64,000 nucleotides of DNA from Nemertoderma westbladi (lineage: Eukaryota; Animalia; Xenacoelomorpha), in contig JAUCBJ010001398.1 in assembly GCA_032718475.1 (NCBI GenBank), positions 81,449 through 145,448 of the forward strand. Reading direction: 5' to 3'. Made by a program: the position numbers and the translations under genes. Shown here in pieces: positions 1 through 17,500 of this stretch (its first letter is position 1; every line of letters begins with the position of its first letter). The notes under the pieces were generated by a model. That model was not told the DNA's origin. It saw only the letters and a list, made by a program, of their open reading frames with translations, and ran no database searches.

Positions 1-4594
<4,594 letters not shown>

Positions 4595-5564
4595 AATACA
4601 GAAATAATCTGTTATCTTTCTTAATCCTGTAGTTAGTCTGACTGTATCGAAATATGCCTACTGCAGTACAGCAGTACTGCACTGGAACTGGAATACTTGA
4701 ATTGCTGAATACAGAATACACTAGGCTGCTACAGTGCTAGGCTGGTAACGGATGAACGTCAGATAGTATGGCAGTACAGCAGTATGATACAGTCAGACAG
4801 TAGTTGGTTTGGTAGTATTGCGGCTGCGGGACCTGATCAGTGTTGTAGAGTAGTAGCAGTAGCAGCAGCAGGTCATGGTAGTAGTCACATCATGAGACTG
4901 GGAGACGCAATCGTGCCTTTTAAGGTAACTGCCAGGAGAATGTATTCCCCGAGTTACAGTTTACGCCTCAAATTCAATTTGAAATTTATGTATTTAAATT
5001 TTGTATAATATCTACTGTAAAAGAAGGCAATGGAACATGTTATTTTAATATGGAACTGTCTGTGAACTGTGAAGTCTGTGGTGATCGTCTTGTTGCGGCC
5101 GGCAAAGCTTCCTACTGTAGTGGTGTGGTATGGATTTTGATTTTGAACTCAGTACTTACACCAAGTTCAGGTAATAAGTTCATGTTTCAAATTTTACATT
5201 TTTCATGAATTCAATTGTTATTCTGCAAAAGAGGGAGATTGGTGATGCCGCACTGCTCATTTAACTCATTGAAACAAATATAAGATCATGTAAACCATTC
5301 ACAAAATCTCATGATTTCGTGTAAATGTATTTTATAAGAGTTGATTTACTATGAAACCGACTCATAGAAAGTATGCTACAGTAGATGAACCCAAGATGAA
5401 CAATTAGTTTTTGGGTTAGCCTTTATTTGTCTTAAATATTTCAGTAGCGATGGGCACAGACGATATAAAAGAAGATGGTGATGAAGATACTAAAGATGTA
5501 TTGTCGCAATTTGGAGAATGATGTGTTTATCTGCCGCATGGGATGCTATGCTACTGTAATTATT

Positions 5565-8500
5565 ATGTTAATCCGTGCCACATTTACAGCTTATTTATTA
5601 TTTATCGCGGCAGGTAAGCAGTTACACATTCTTACAACACGTATGCAATAAGCAAAAATAATGGTAGTGATCGTTTAAAGTAAAAGTACAAAAGATTTGG
5701 TTTGGGTGACCCAAGGTAAAACATCAAAGATAATAGTCACTTGATCTTATTCCGTTTACAACTGGGCTGCCCTGCATCCACGGTATTGTTTGTGATTCTA
5801 TCAGGTTGTTTTCACTCGACAAACTTGCGAACACAAACGAGAACCCGAGTAAAGTTTCAGTCGGACCTGGAAAGCGTTAGACGTTTGGAGGATCTATTGG
5901 TTAATCGATTCAACGAAATTAGAAACACAAAGGAAAATCCCGAGGGCAAGTTGCGTTGCTACAAGTTTATCAAGAAATTCTTTATGGATCTTAAACTTAC
6001 GGTTTATATAGACGACTTCGTTTTTAGGGTGAGTTATCAAAGAACCACACGAAGGATAATACAGTATTATCATAATTATTGTATATAGTCATAACCAAGG
6101 CGACCTTTACTAACCTTTACTGTAAAGGTCGCATTGGTCATAACCCACGTTTTGCAATAATTATCTTCTGAAGTACTGTATAAGCTGGTTTCAAGTTGAT
6201 TTAAATGGTTAATAATAATTCCAATTGACTGAGCGACTAACACCATAGCAACTTAATTATAATTGAACTGAAAGAAAAGCAATAATGCTGCTTCAGTTGT
6301 AACTTAATAAGAAAGTAATTGAGTATTGTTACCTAAACTACTATCGTACAGTATATACAGTACAGTAGTATATAGGATATACTGTAATAACCTATTTTAG
6401 CTGGCAGGTTCTATTAATTCTACTAGGTCTGTCATATTATAAATATTACCATTACAGTATTAATACTATTATTTATGTGATATAGTAATCGTCATGTAAA
6501 GATAACTACAAATATTGTATTTTTAGGCGGAAGTTGAAGGAGGGGAGTCGAAACTAGGAAATGGCAAGAATATAATTGCGGTGCTTCCTGGTGATAATTT
6601 TGGATCGAGTTTGGATCAGATTTCTATGGTTTCAGCGCACTACGACACATTTGGAATTTCACCAGGTGTGGCAGAATATTTTTTAATAGATTTATGGATA
6701 GACGAAATACTGCACCACTTTTGTTGCTCTACAGACTGACAGACAGACTGAGACTCTGTTTTCGTAAGGCGCGTAACCCGATGTAGCGCTCCATAGTGTG
6801 TCTCATGCTCGCTATGATGCAAAATTTAAGGGATAGTAAAAAAACGGAGCGACCTAGATTGTGGTGTAATCATTCATTCTTACTGTATTTGTAAACCGTT
6901 ATTTTGAGGGTTAAGGGTTATTCGCCACAGAAATTGTTTAATTAATTAATTAAATGTTTTATAACTCTGTGGTGAACGACACTTAACTCCCAAAACAATG
7001 ATGCTAAATGACAGAAAAACGAACAAATTTAATTGGACTTGCACATATTACCCAGGAAATATATGCATTATGTAGGCCGAGTGTACTTCAATTAACGTCT
7101 GTAAGAGAGCCAATAAATATGTTTTATGAATTATAATAATAAGTGCAGTCTAACTCATGGATTGGAAGTCTAACTCATGGATTGGAAGTCTAACTCATGG
7201 ATTGGAAGTCTAACTCATGGATTGGAAGTCAAACTCATGGATTGGAAGTCTAACTCATGGATTGGAAGTCTAACTCATGGATTGGAAGTCTAACTCATGG
7301 ATTGGAAGTCTAACTCATGGATTGGAAGTCTAACTAATGGATTGGAAGTCTAACTCATGCATTGGAAGTCTAACTCATGGATTGGAAGCCTAACTCATGG
7401 ATTGGAAGTCTAACTCATGGATTGGAAGTCAAACTCATGGATTGGAAGTCTAACTCATGGATTGGAAGTCTAACTCATGGATTGGAAGTCTAACTCATGG
7501 ATTGGAAGTCTAACTCATGGATTGGAAGTCTAACTCATGGATTGGAAGTATAACTCATGGATTTGAAGTCTAACTCATGCATTGGAAGTCTAACTCATGG
7601 ATTGGAAGTCTAACTCATGGATTGGAAGTCTAACTCATGGATTGGAAGTCTAACTCATGGATTGGAAGTCTAACTCATGGATTGGAAGTCTAACTCATGG
7701 ATTGGAAGTCTAACTCATGGATTGGAAGTCTAACTCATGGATTCGAAGTCTAACTCATGGATTGAAAGTCTAACTCATGGATTGGAAGTCTAACTCATGG
7801 ATTGGAAGTCTAACTCATGGATTGGAAGTCTAACTCATGGATTGGAAGTCTCACTCATGGATTGGAAGTCTAACTCATGGATTGGAAGTCTAACTCATGG
7901 ATTGGAAGTCTAACTCATGGATTGGAAGTCTAACTCATGGATTGGAAGTCTAACTCATGGATTGGAGGTCTAGCTCATGGATTGGAAGTCTAACTGATGG
8001 ATTGGAAGTCTAACTCATGGATTGGAAATCTAACTCATGGATTGGAAGTCTAACTCATGGATTGGAAGTCTAACTCATGGATTGGAAGTCTAACTCATGG
8101 ATTGGAAGTCTAACTCATGGATTGGAAGTCTAACTCATGGATTGGAAGTCTAACTCATGGATTGGAAGTCTAACTCATGGATTGGAATTCTAACTCATGG
8201 ATTGGAAGTCTAACTCATGGATTGGAAGTCTAACTCATGCATTGGAAGTCTAACTCATGGATTGGAAGTCTAACTCATGGATTGGAAGTCTCACTCATGG
8301 ATTGGAAGTCTAACTCATGGATTGGAAGTCTAACTCATGGATTAGAAGTCTAACTCATGGATTGGAAGTCTAACTCATGGATTGGAAGTCTAACTCATGG
8401 ATTGGAAGTCTAACTCATGGATTGGAAGTCTAACTCATGGATTAGAAGTCTAACTCATGGATTGGAAGTCTAACTCATGGATTGGAAGTCTAACTCATGG

Positions 8501-11500
8501 ATTGGAAGTCTAACTCATGGATTGGAAGTCTAACTCATGGATTGGAAGTCTAACTCATGGATTGGAAGTCTAACTCATGGATTGGAAGTCTAACTCATGG
8601 ATTGGAAGTCTAACTTATGGATTGGAAGTCTAACTCATGGATTGGAAGTCTCACTCATGGATTGGAAGTCTAACTCATGGATTAGAAGTCTAACTCATGG
8701 ATTGGAAGTCTAACTCATGGATTGGAAGTCTAACTCATGGATTGGAAGTCTAACTCATGGATTGGAAGTCTAACTCATGGATTGGAAGTCTAACTCATGG
8801 ATTGGAAGTCTAACTCATGGATTGGAAGTCTAACTCATGGATTGGAAGTCTAACTCATGGATTGGAAGTCTAACTCATGGATTGTTTCTATGCCATATTT
8901 TATAAATGTAGGAGTTGATGATGATGGCAGCGGTATGGCAGCATTGTTAGAGACATCACGATTCGTTACGCAACAGTTACCAAGGAAACACACTGTATTC
9001 TTTGTAGCCTTCGACCACGAAGAGGATGGATGTAAGACAAATAAAAATAAATAGTTAATATTATTTTTGGTCTATATGCACAACGATTCCTTCCATTTAG
9101 CCAATTGCATAAAGGCAGGATTTGTTCGGAACTCAACAAATAATCTTCGCGCCCAGTCCACAGACTGCCAGAAATCTTTGCTGAATAAATTGAATAAAGT
9201 TAATTTAAGAAACCGTAACCTGTGCTAATGACATCCGTCCCGTTTATCGTTTAGGTTAGAATTTCATGCCACTGTAGATTGCTAGGATTGGCCGCGGGGA
9301 AATATGATGGCCTGCATGCGAAGGTTGCACCGAACCCTAAAACAGTACATATTTATCTGATAATGGAGTTGTTGTCTGGAACAGTCACATTCAGCGAGAA
9401 GGGTGGGGGTGGGGGGGGGGGGGGGTAATAAGGTTTATTGTAAAGAATCCTAACCTAACATACGATAAAGTGATACCTCAAGATCAAATTACAGACGGCT
9501 GCCCTTCCTCAATCTGTGTTCGGTACGATTAGCTTACATGTTACTTCCAGTATGCATCCCTCTTGCAGTAGTCTTAGTAACTTCTGTTTTGAATACCGAG
9601 ATAAGTACTGTAAGTAGGCCTACTCTCTCAGTCCACCCTTTAATCCTTTTCAGTGATTGGAAGTCGCCACTTCCTTGCATCTTGGTGGTCGTCGTTTAAA
9701 ACCCAACATAATTACACAAACAGTCAATTGATACTCAATGTGGTAATGGACCCCGTGCTTAATTGGGACAATACTCCGAAGTCGCAGGTACCGAAGTAAT
9801 TATATGACGACGTCTGTGTGTGAGCGGAAATTTATTAACATCGGACTAAATTTAATATTCGAACACCCATAGAGTGTAAGATAATCTAACAGCACTTGTC
9901 CTTACCAAATTTAAAATAAAATAATAAGTATATCGAATATCTTTCTTTCAGGAATTACCTTTAGGAATGGACACCATATTGACCCGGGAAACTCACAAAA
10001 GTTTCATCGCTGATGGAGAGAAGGGCAACTTTCTAGTTGTGGTTTACCGAGAAACTGAGTCCGATATGGCCAATATATTTATTAATAACTTCAAACCCGA
10101 CAGTAACCACAGAATATTGCCTATGCAGATACAACAAAAATGTTAGTGACAACATTATTTATAATTTTGCTTATTTGTTTTTGTTTACAATCTTTTCAAT
10201 TTATTGTTGTTATTTGTTTTTGTTTACAAGCTTTTCCATTTATTGTTGTTATTTGTTTTTGTTTACAATCTTTTCCATTTATTGTTATTTCAAGGGAAGC
10301 TGTCCATATGAGACGGATGTGACTTAAAGTAGTTGTGTTTATTGATGTTTTCATTTCAATATCAATAGGTATGTAAAATATAAGTATGTCAATAATTTTA
10401 ATTTTTATTTCATTTGTATTCTAAAATGATTAAACTAAGTTAAACCAACTGAAAAATTATTATAATTTTTGGGTGTTTAGAGTATTTTTATATTTTGTAA
10501 AATGTTGGAATAGAATTGTATTCCATCAACCAACTGCTAATATTTTTCAGATCTAACAGAAAGCAAATTGGACTCGAGACTTCTGAATTTGCTGCGATCA
10601 GATCACGTGCCATTTTGGGTAGAAGAGCCAACAATACCGTCAATACATCTCACAGATACGGCCGAGTCAAGAGGTATGTAGTATATATGTTTATATAAAG
10701 TCAGCAGTGCGTATATAAAGTTGGCACTGTGGATGTAAAGTCAGGACCCCAAATACTGTCTGTGAATATAATTTAATAACTGGGTTTATGGACTGTAACA
10801 ACTGTACATATACATTTTTTCATAATTTTACAACGGGCCATTGTGGGTGTGGTAACCCGGTGATGAGACAAATCATTATACGGTAACAATATTTTTAGAT
10901 GAATTTCTTTGGGGAAATGGTAATTTTACTCTTCTAAAGTGTATTTTATATATTAGAAAAAAGAGGAATTATATTTTCTATTAATAACAAGTATTATTAT
11001 TATAGCATAATGCAAATATAAATAAATTACCACATGTATATACCAGTATTTGTAAATATTATACTGCAAGTTACCACAAAATCCGGGTTCACATGAAATG
11101 AAAGGAATGTTGTTTAATCCTCATATTAATTAAATAAATTCACTAACTAGAAGTGTATTAATAATTTATATTATTATATATTATATTATATTACATTATA
11201 TTATATATAATGTATTATTATCTAGTATAAATGATATAAATAACGTGTGAACCTTGGAATAATATGTATTAGAAACGGATTAAATTTGTGAACCATGGCC
11301 GTAATGATAATCCCATACCACCAACTGCTACTATATTAATTTAATATAATCATTTATTAGCCCTACTTGGTGAACAACGTATATAAGGATACGTCACCTT
11401 TAATGTGAAATATTTTTTTATAAATTCTCACGGCTGTACATCTAAGGCCTAATAATGTTAAACTAAACTAAATAAATATAAACTTTAATACAAACCTAAA

Positions 11501-14500
11501 TATATCATAATATTAATAAATATAATTATTCAATTTGAAACGGAAGCCCAAGTGCTTTTTCTTCATCTACATTTTTCTGACCTTCATCAGTAGCTGTTGA
11601 TTTGGTTGTCTCGTCGGAACCAGGATGAACTACAACCTTATCGGTTTTAGCTTTGGGATCCATTTGAAGTCCAAACGATCGCCTTATCTTAAGGTATTCT
11701 CGAAATGTAAAGCACGCATCGGCCACATAGATTATAGTGGTTGACATCATGAAAACCCCAGCAATGACACTAGTACTGCACCCGATCTGAAAATAAAATC
11801 AACGAACATTCTACAAGATGGTGGTATTGATTGTAATATGTTCACACGTAAGATAAAGATCCAGATTAATTTGAACTTTAAATAAGATATTTTGCGAAGT
11901 TAATATTTTTACGTCCTTTATATAAAATTGAAATAGTTTGTTGGACACAAAACAAAGTGAAGTTGTGTCGTACTTCTTAGTCACCCCAGCTGACCAAGTG
12001 CAACAACAGGTACGACGTAAGAGTAATAAAAACACACAAAGAGCGTTTGTGTTAAATTCAAACAAAATGTAAGTCTACAATCAATTGGAATGAAGCATTA
12101 CTTTGCAGCGTTGCGTTACGGCGTATAGGATAGAATGCAGCAAAGTAATCACTAACTTAGTAACAATAAACTTCCAGAACTCCGCTAAGGTTATTTACGG
12201 TGTGTTGTTAGTGTTAAAAAGTAAATGCAATTAATTGCATAAAAAGGATGTAAATTTCATTAATATCCCTAAACATACACTATTCAAGCTAATAATGAAG
12301 AATTTAGAACGCCGATAAGTTAACAAAATTAGGTGAAAAGGGTGTTGTTCATTGTGGTGAAAAGGGCACCCATATACAGCGTTCATGACCTTTATATATT
12401 TATGTTAAGCTCCCTCGCTGCGCTCGCTCGGTATCTAAATACACTCAGATCATAACGCTGGAAAGTTATTCATAAAATGATGTTTATTATTACTAATACT
12501 CGTATTTTCATTATAAATTGTGTTATTCATAGCCGATTTCGATAAAGTGTATTGTAACTTACCAACTCAACAAAGCGTGAATACTTTGCAATGAATGCTG
12601 CTCCGACGCATAAGTGCAGCATGGCCAGCAACCCAGCGGTTGTACTGAATATGAGATGGAGACGATCCTGTGAGAATCTACGTTCAATCTAAAAATAAAA
12701 GTCCCTGAAAGATTAATGTTTATAACCATTTAACGAGTCAGGTTTCAGGGGTAGAAATAACACATTGAGGTGATAACAACTTCCTTAAGATCAGGATTAA
12801 GATTAGGCAGAGGGACCAATCTAATCATATTGATTTTAGTAATGATAACATGCCACTTAGATTTAATAAATAATTTGGTACAATTGAAGAGTTACATTGA
12901 GGGTTATTTCCTGTGAATTGAAGTGGTGTGAAGTACCACGTTACATATGCGGGATTTTGTCGATTTTCTATCCGAAAGATTACAAATATAAACCCATATA
13001 TGAATAAATACACAGACAATAAAGTAAGCCACTTTGTAGATATCAGTATCGGACATGCTTTTGATTTACATTACCAAGCCATTACATTACCCCGTATACG
13101 TAGCTCAAACGGGAAGGGTCGGAATCAGTAATAACTGATTATATAGCCACGTTAGATGTTACAGTAAGTACATGTTCGTGGGGTCTCCGCGCAGCACGAA
13201 GTGAGCAACACCTTAGCATATAGGGGCCCCATTAACGAGTTGTCTGTCGTTAGTCAGAAGTCGTCAACACAATACTCGTTTCCCTCATTTATCTCGTTGC
13301 GTTCGTTCGTTTTTTACCAAAATTCAGATTCTTTCTAAACTTTTGACGGACTACATACGTACCAAGTTTGGTTTAATTTCATCAAGGAATGACCGAGATA
13401 TTAGCGATCAAAAATTTACGACGACAGATGACAACGACGACAGACAACTCGTTAACGGCACCCATATGCTAAGGCTTCGCTCACTTCGTGGCTCGCCCCA
13501 CAGTATATTGTATACCGGTAGATTAGGCCATATATCATACTCACCCCCAAGTGGTAGAACAGAAATGTCGATACAACAAATGCAATGCTCATATAGCAGA
13601 CAGCCGTGAACAACCTATTCAGTGGATATAAGTAGTGTAAGTCTTGTTCGAGAATGTTGATTACCCCACTGTAGACGTAGACAAACGCACAGGAACGGTA
13701 AACACAAATAATGGATATAATATCCATTACAAATTCGAAGAACTTTGCGACTCCGCAAATAGTCAAAGCGTAGCTGTTGTCTAACACGACATGAGTAGGT
13801 AGGAGCGATTTTATTATTCGTAACATATTAACGAATACTCACTCTACGGTCTAAAGTTTGTTACAAAAATAGTAAGAGACTATAATACATACGTATGCCT
13901 TTCTTCCAACATGTAAACTCTATACCTACTGTACATTGAACATGTACTGGTACACAATTATTGTACACTACCTACAGTAGCAATACTTAGTATGTCATAT
14001 TTGAAACAATGTAGAAAGCATACAGACATACGACCTTCTGATTATCAACACCACAAATTAATTGAGTGTCAATGACTTGTTTGCAATATTTAACCTCGAA
14101 TGTATTGCATTATGTGGATAATTGCAAAGGATATTATTATGTTTTTAGGTTATATGAAAGATTGTTACCACAAAGATTGTGACGATGTTAATATGATTAA
14201 CGAAAATAATTTGTTGTTCCTCAATAAAGTGACACAGGTCAGTGACCCTCTAATAATGTCTCAATAAAGTGACACAGGTCAGTGACCCTCTAATAAAGTT
14301 ACTACCATACCAGTACACTATACAACTTATATTCGATTACGAATACATTTATGGTTTATATAATTATTTGTTGCCTACTTTTAGTTCTTTAAGTAATACA
14401 ACTATTTTTGCGTAAAACATTATTTATTTATTAATAATATTATGTAGGTACTCTATTGCATCCACTTATAATATATAAATTGTAACAACTCGGTAATCCG

Positions 14501-17500
14501 AAATTAAAATTAATAATAATTATTAATTCATTAAAATTAATAACTCGTCTCGGAGAATTGACATAAAAATTATCAATTATGTCAATCAGGTTACAGTGGC
14601 ATGTTATTCTACACTAAACAATAAATTACTGGCAAACATGCAATGCACTATTCAAAATTAACGTGGATGCATTTGAGTATGATGTTGGTCCTGTGTGCCG
14701 TTATGTAATCAAAACATATATATCAACAATATAAACACGTTCGTGGGGCCTTCGCGCAGCACGAAGTGACCAAAGCCTTTAGCATATGGGTCCCATTAAC
14801 GAGTTATCTGCCGTTAGTCAGAAGTCTTCAACACAATACTCGTCCTCCCCTTGTGCCTCGTTGCGTTCGTTCGGTTTTGACCAAACTTCAGATTCTTTCT
14901 AAACTTTCCGGCCTACATACATACCAAGTTTCGTTTAATTTCATCGAGGAATAACCGAGTTATTAGCGATCAAAAATTTACGACGACAGATGACGACGAC
15001 GACAGAGAACTCGCCAATGGCACCCATATGCTAAGGCTTCGCTCACTTCGTGGCTCGCCCCACAATTCCCTTATTGCCGGTCTGGTTCCGTGAACTTCCA
15101 GGCAGCCGGTATGTATTTGTCGTAGAGAAACATCGACGATGCAGGGTGCAGGGTAGAAAGAGTTTTATTGTCTTTCCTATTAGTGTTACTGTTAGTATAG
15201 GGTGGCGCTAATAATGCGAACTCCGAATCACGAGATCTGTCCAGGTGATTAGAGCGTCGGTCTTACAACCGGGAGGTCAGCCCACTCATCTGTAAGGGGA
15301 ACCCGGGCTTTGGTGGGGTAGTAAAGAAAAGGGTATGATAGTCAGAGTATTGCACCATGGGAGTTAGTATGGCACTCTCCCTGCCTTACAGAATACCGAG
15401 TGGTTTCCCCCCTTTGCCGATCGCTTTACCTTACCCTAGAGGTGTGGGCAACTTCGTGTTGGAGCTCGTCTATAGGGTATGAGTGAATACACTCACATTC
15501 ACACCTAAAGTGCCACACATCGGAAGCTCTTCATAATGTTACCGCACTGATAAGTAAATAGTTCATTATTTGATCCTTTAATTTTCACTTAGAGTGTGGC
15601 CGACACAATACTAGAAGTCAGTGAACCCGGATGTTGTAACATTGGTTCGTCGCAAACCGATTCGCATTGTCTGAGGTATCTGTTGGAGAACCGATTGAAT
15701 AAACCGCGTAACCGCGTTCACCACGAGGAAAAACGAGTCGTGAGAAAGTTTCTTATAGATTATATGACTCAGTTGGGGTTGTCTACCGAAACTAATGAGT
15801 TTCTAATTGAGGTAATGTACTGCGAATATTTTGACATTCTGTGTATTACTAGGCTTGCTGTGATGACCACCATCACTGGACTCTTGGCAGTTTTCTGTAG
15901 CATTATAATTATTATAGCGTAGCAGTTCGTTATACAGTAATTCTGACTAAATGTTACATTATTGCAGTCATAGTTTTAGATTTTTTTAGCATTTACAAAT
16001 ACAGTATACCTATTACCCATATTTGATGTTACCTGTTCTAGAATGCCGAATTAGTCTTTGAGCACCATCAATGCATCGCCAATGGGCACCATCCATTGAT
16101 GCTGCTCACCCAATGATTCTGGCATTAAACTCAGATCATCAGCAAAGTCTAGGTCCGTAACTTGAATTGGTCTATTTCACCTACTTCTACCTACGAACTG
16201 TATTCAACAGTAGCCGTAAGGTATTCAATAGCAAATCATTCGAAAATATTAAGGATTCCCGTGTTGTAATGGTGAGCAAACCTGGACGTGTATTGAGGGG
16301 CGCGGGTTCGATCCCCGCATCTACCGAATTCTATTCAATCCTTTTTAAATTAGATAATACACAATTAATTAATACTTCAGGTTTAATTTCATTCCGGGAT
16401 GTAGTCCTACCTGTATTTGCATCATATTCTTTGATTATAATAACAATTCTAATGTTACTACTAACTCGACTGATATTTTTGTCGAAAATATAATTAGGCG
16501 CATATTGATAAAATTACCAGTAAAATAAGTAATAATTTATATAGCAAATTGGGCGTAAAAAATGAATTCGCCACCTTGAGGGTTCGATCTACACCGGTTG
16601 TCCTCAATGCTGTAATGGTCAGTAATCCCGGACATTTACCAGAAGAAGCGTCATTTTTTAGTAATCTTTGATATAGAGGTGATTCCCATTTAAATTTCTT
16701 AATAAATTATAACAGTTTTTTTATTTGTTTATGTTTTAATTTTAATATTTTAATGTTTTAATATTTCAGGGTTGCTATGTGTGTTCTTGGAAAAAAGGAT
16801 ACAATATAATAGGGTTATTACCAGGTGTCTATCATGGGGAGTACGATAACGGAATTATCCTTATTGCTGCTATGTATACATTCCCAGACTCGACCGCTTC
16901 AATTAATCAGTTAGTTTATAATATGGGGGGGGGGGGGGGGGGGGGACTGCTGCAATAAGGTGTACATTATGTACTTACACTTCTCACTCATTTATCTGAT
17001 ATGACTACATTTTTGAACCAAGACACCACGAACAACCAACAATCCATATAGTTACGATCTGAAAGATTATTTGAGGTCAGAAAGGTGATGGCCGCTCTTC
17101 GTATCGTCAGGTAAAAATATAGAAAAACGAAAGATCGATTGATCGAGTAGATCAATTGTACGAGGATGGAAGAATTTCATTTTAAGGTGGTGGATTAGTC
17201 ACTTCCCGGGGACCGAAGTCAGGAGTGATTTCCTCAACAAAGACTTTATCTGGAACGAAAGATAACGAGGGCGAGATCATTGAGTTTTAGCCAAGCAAAC
17301 GAAACCCCTCGGAGATCAGGAGTGGGTATCAGCTAGCCGTCGGCCTTAGTGTTGAACCAGAGGTTGTAGTAAGTTTCATGTTGCTAAGCTGTAGTGAAGG
17401 TGACGGAATGGGATCTCCTATAAAGTGAAGAGGAATCTAGAACACTGAGGTGGATGATATCGTAGTTGCGGAGTAGTAAGCTGCGAGACACTTTCTTATG

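Noticed and set aside
5050-5521. Possible small two-exon gene (MELSVNCEVCGDRL... joined to an acidic exon at 5444-5521)
   Set aside because: Splice sites are plausible but the product is short with no recognisable family; could be UTR or chance.
7148-8883. CRISPR-like or telomeric appearance of regular short repeats (also 34708-38456)
   Set aside because: No unique spacers, no cas genes, eukaryotic context, and units do not resemble telomeric repeats.
16253-16326. tRNA-like sequence with GGTTCGATCCC
   Set aside because: Acceptor and anticodon stems do not pair convincingly; likely a SINE head or tRNA pseudogene.
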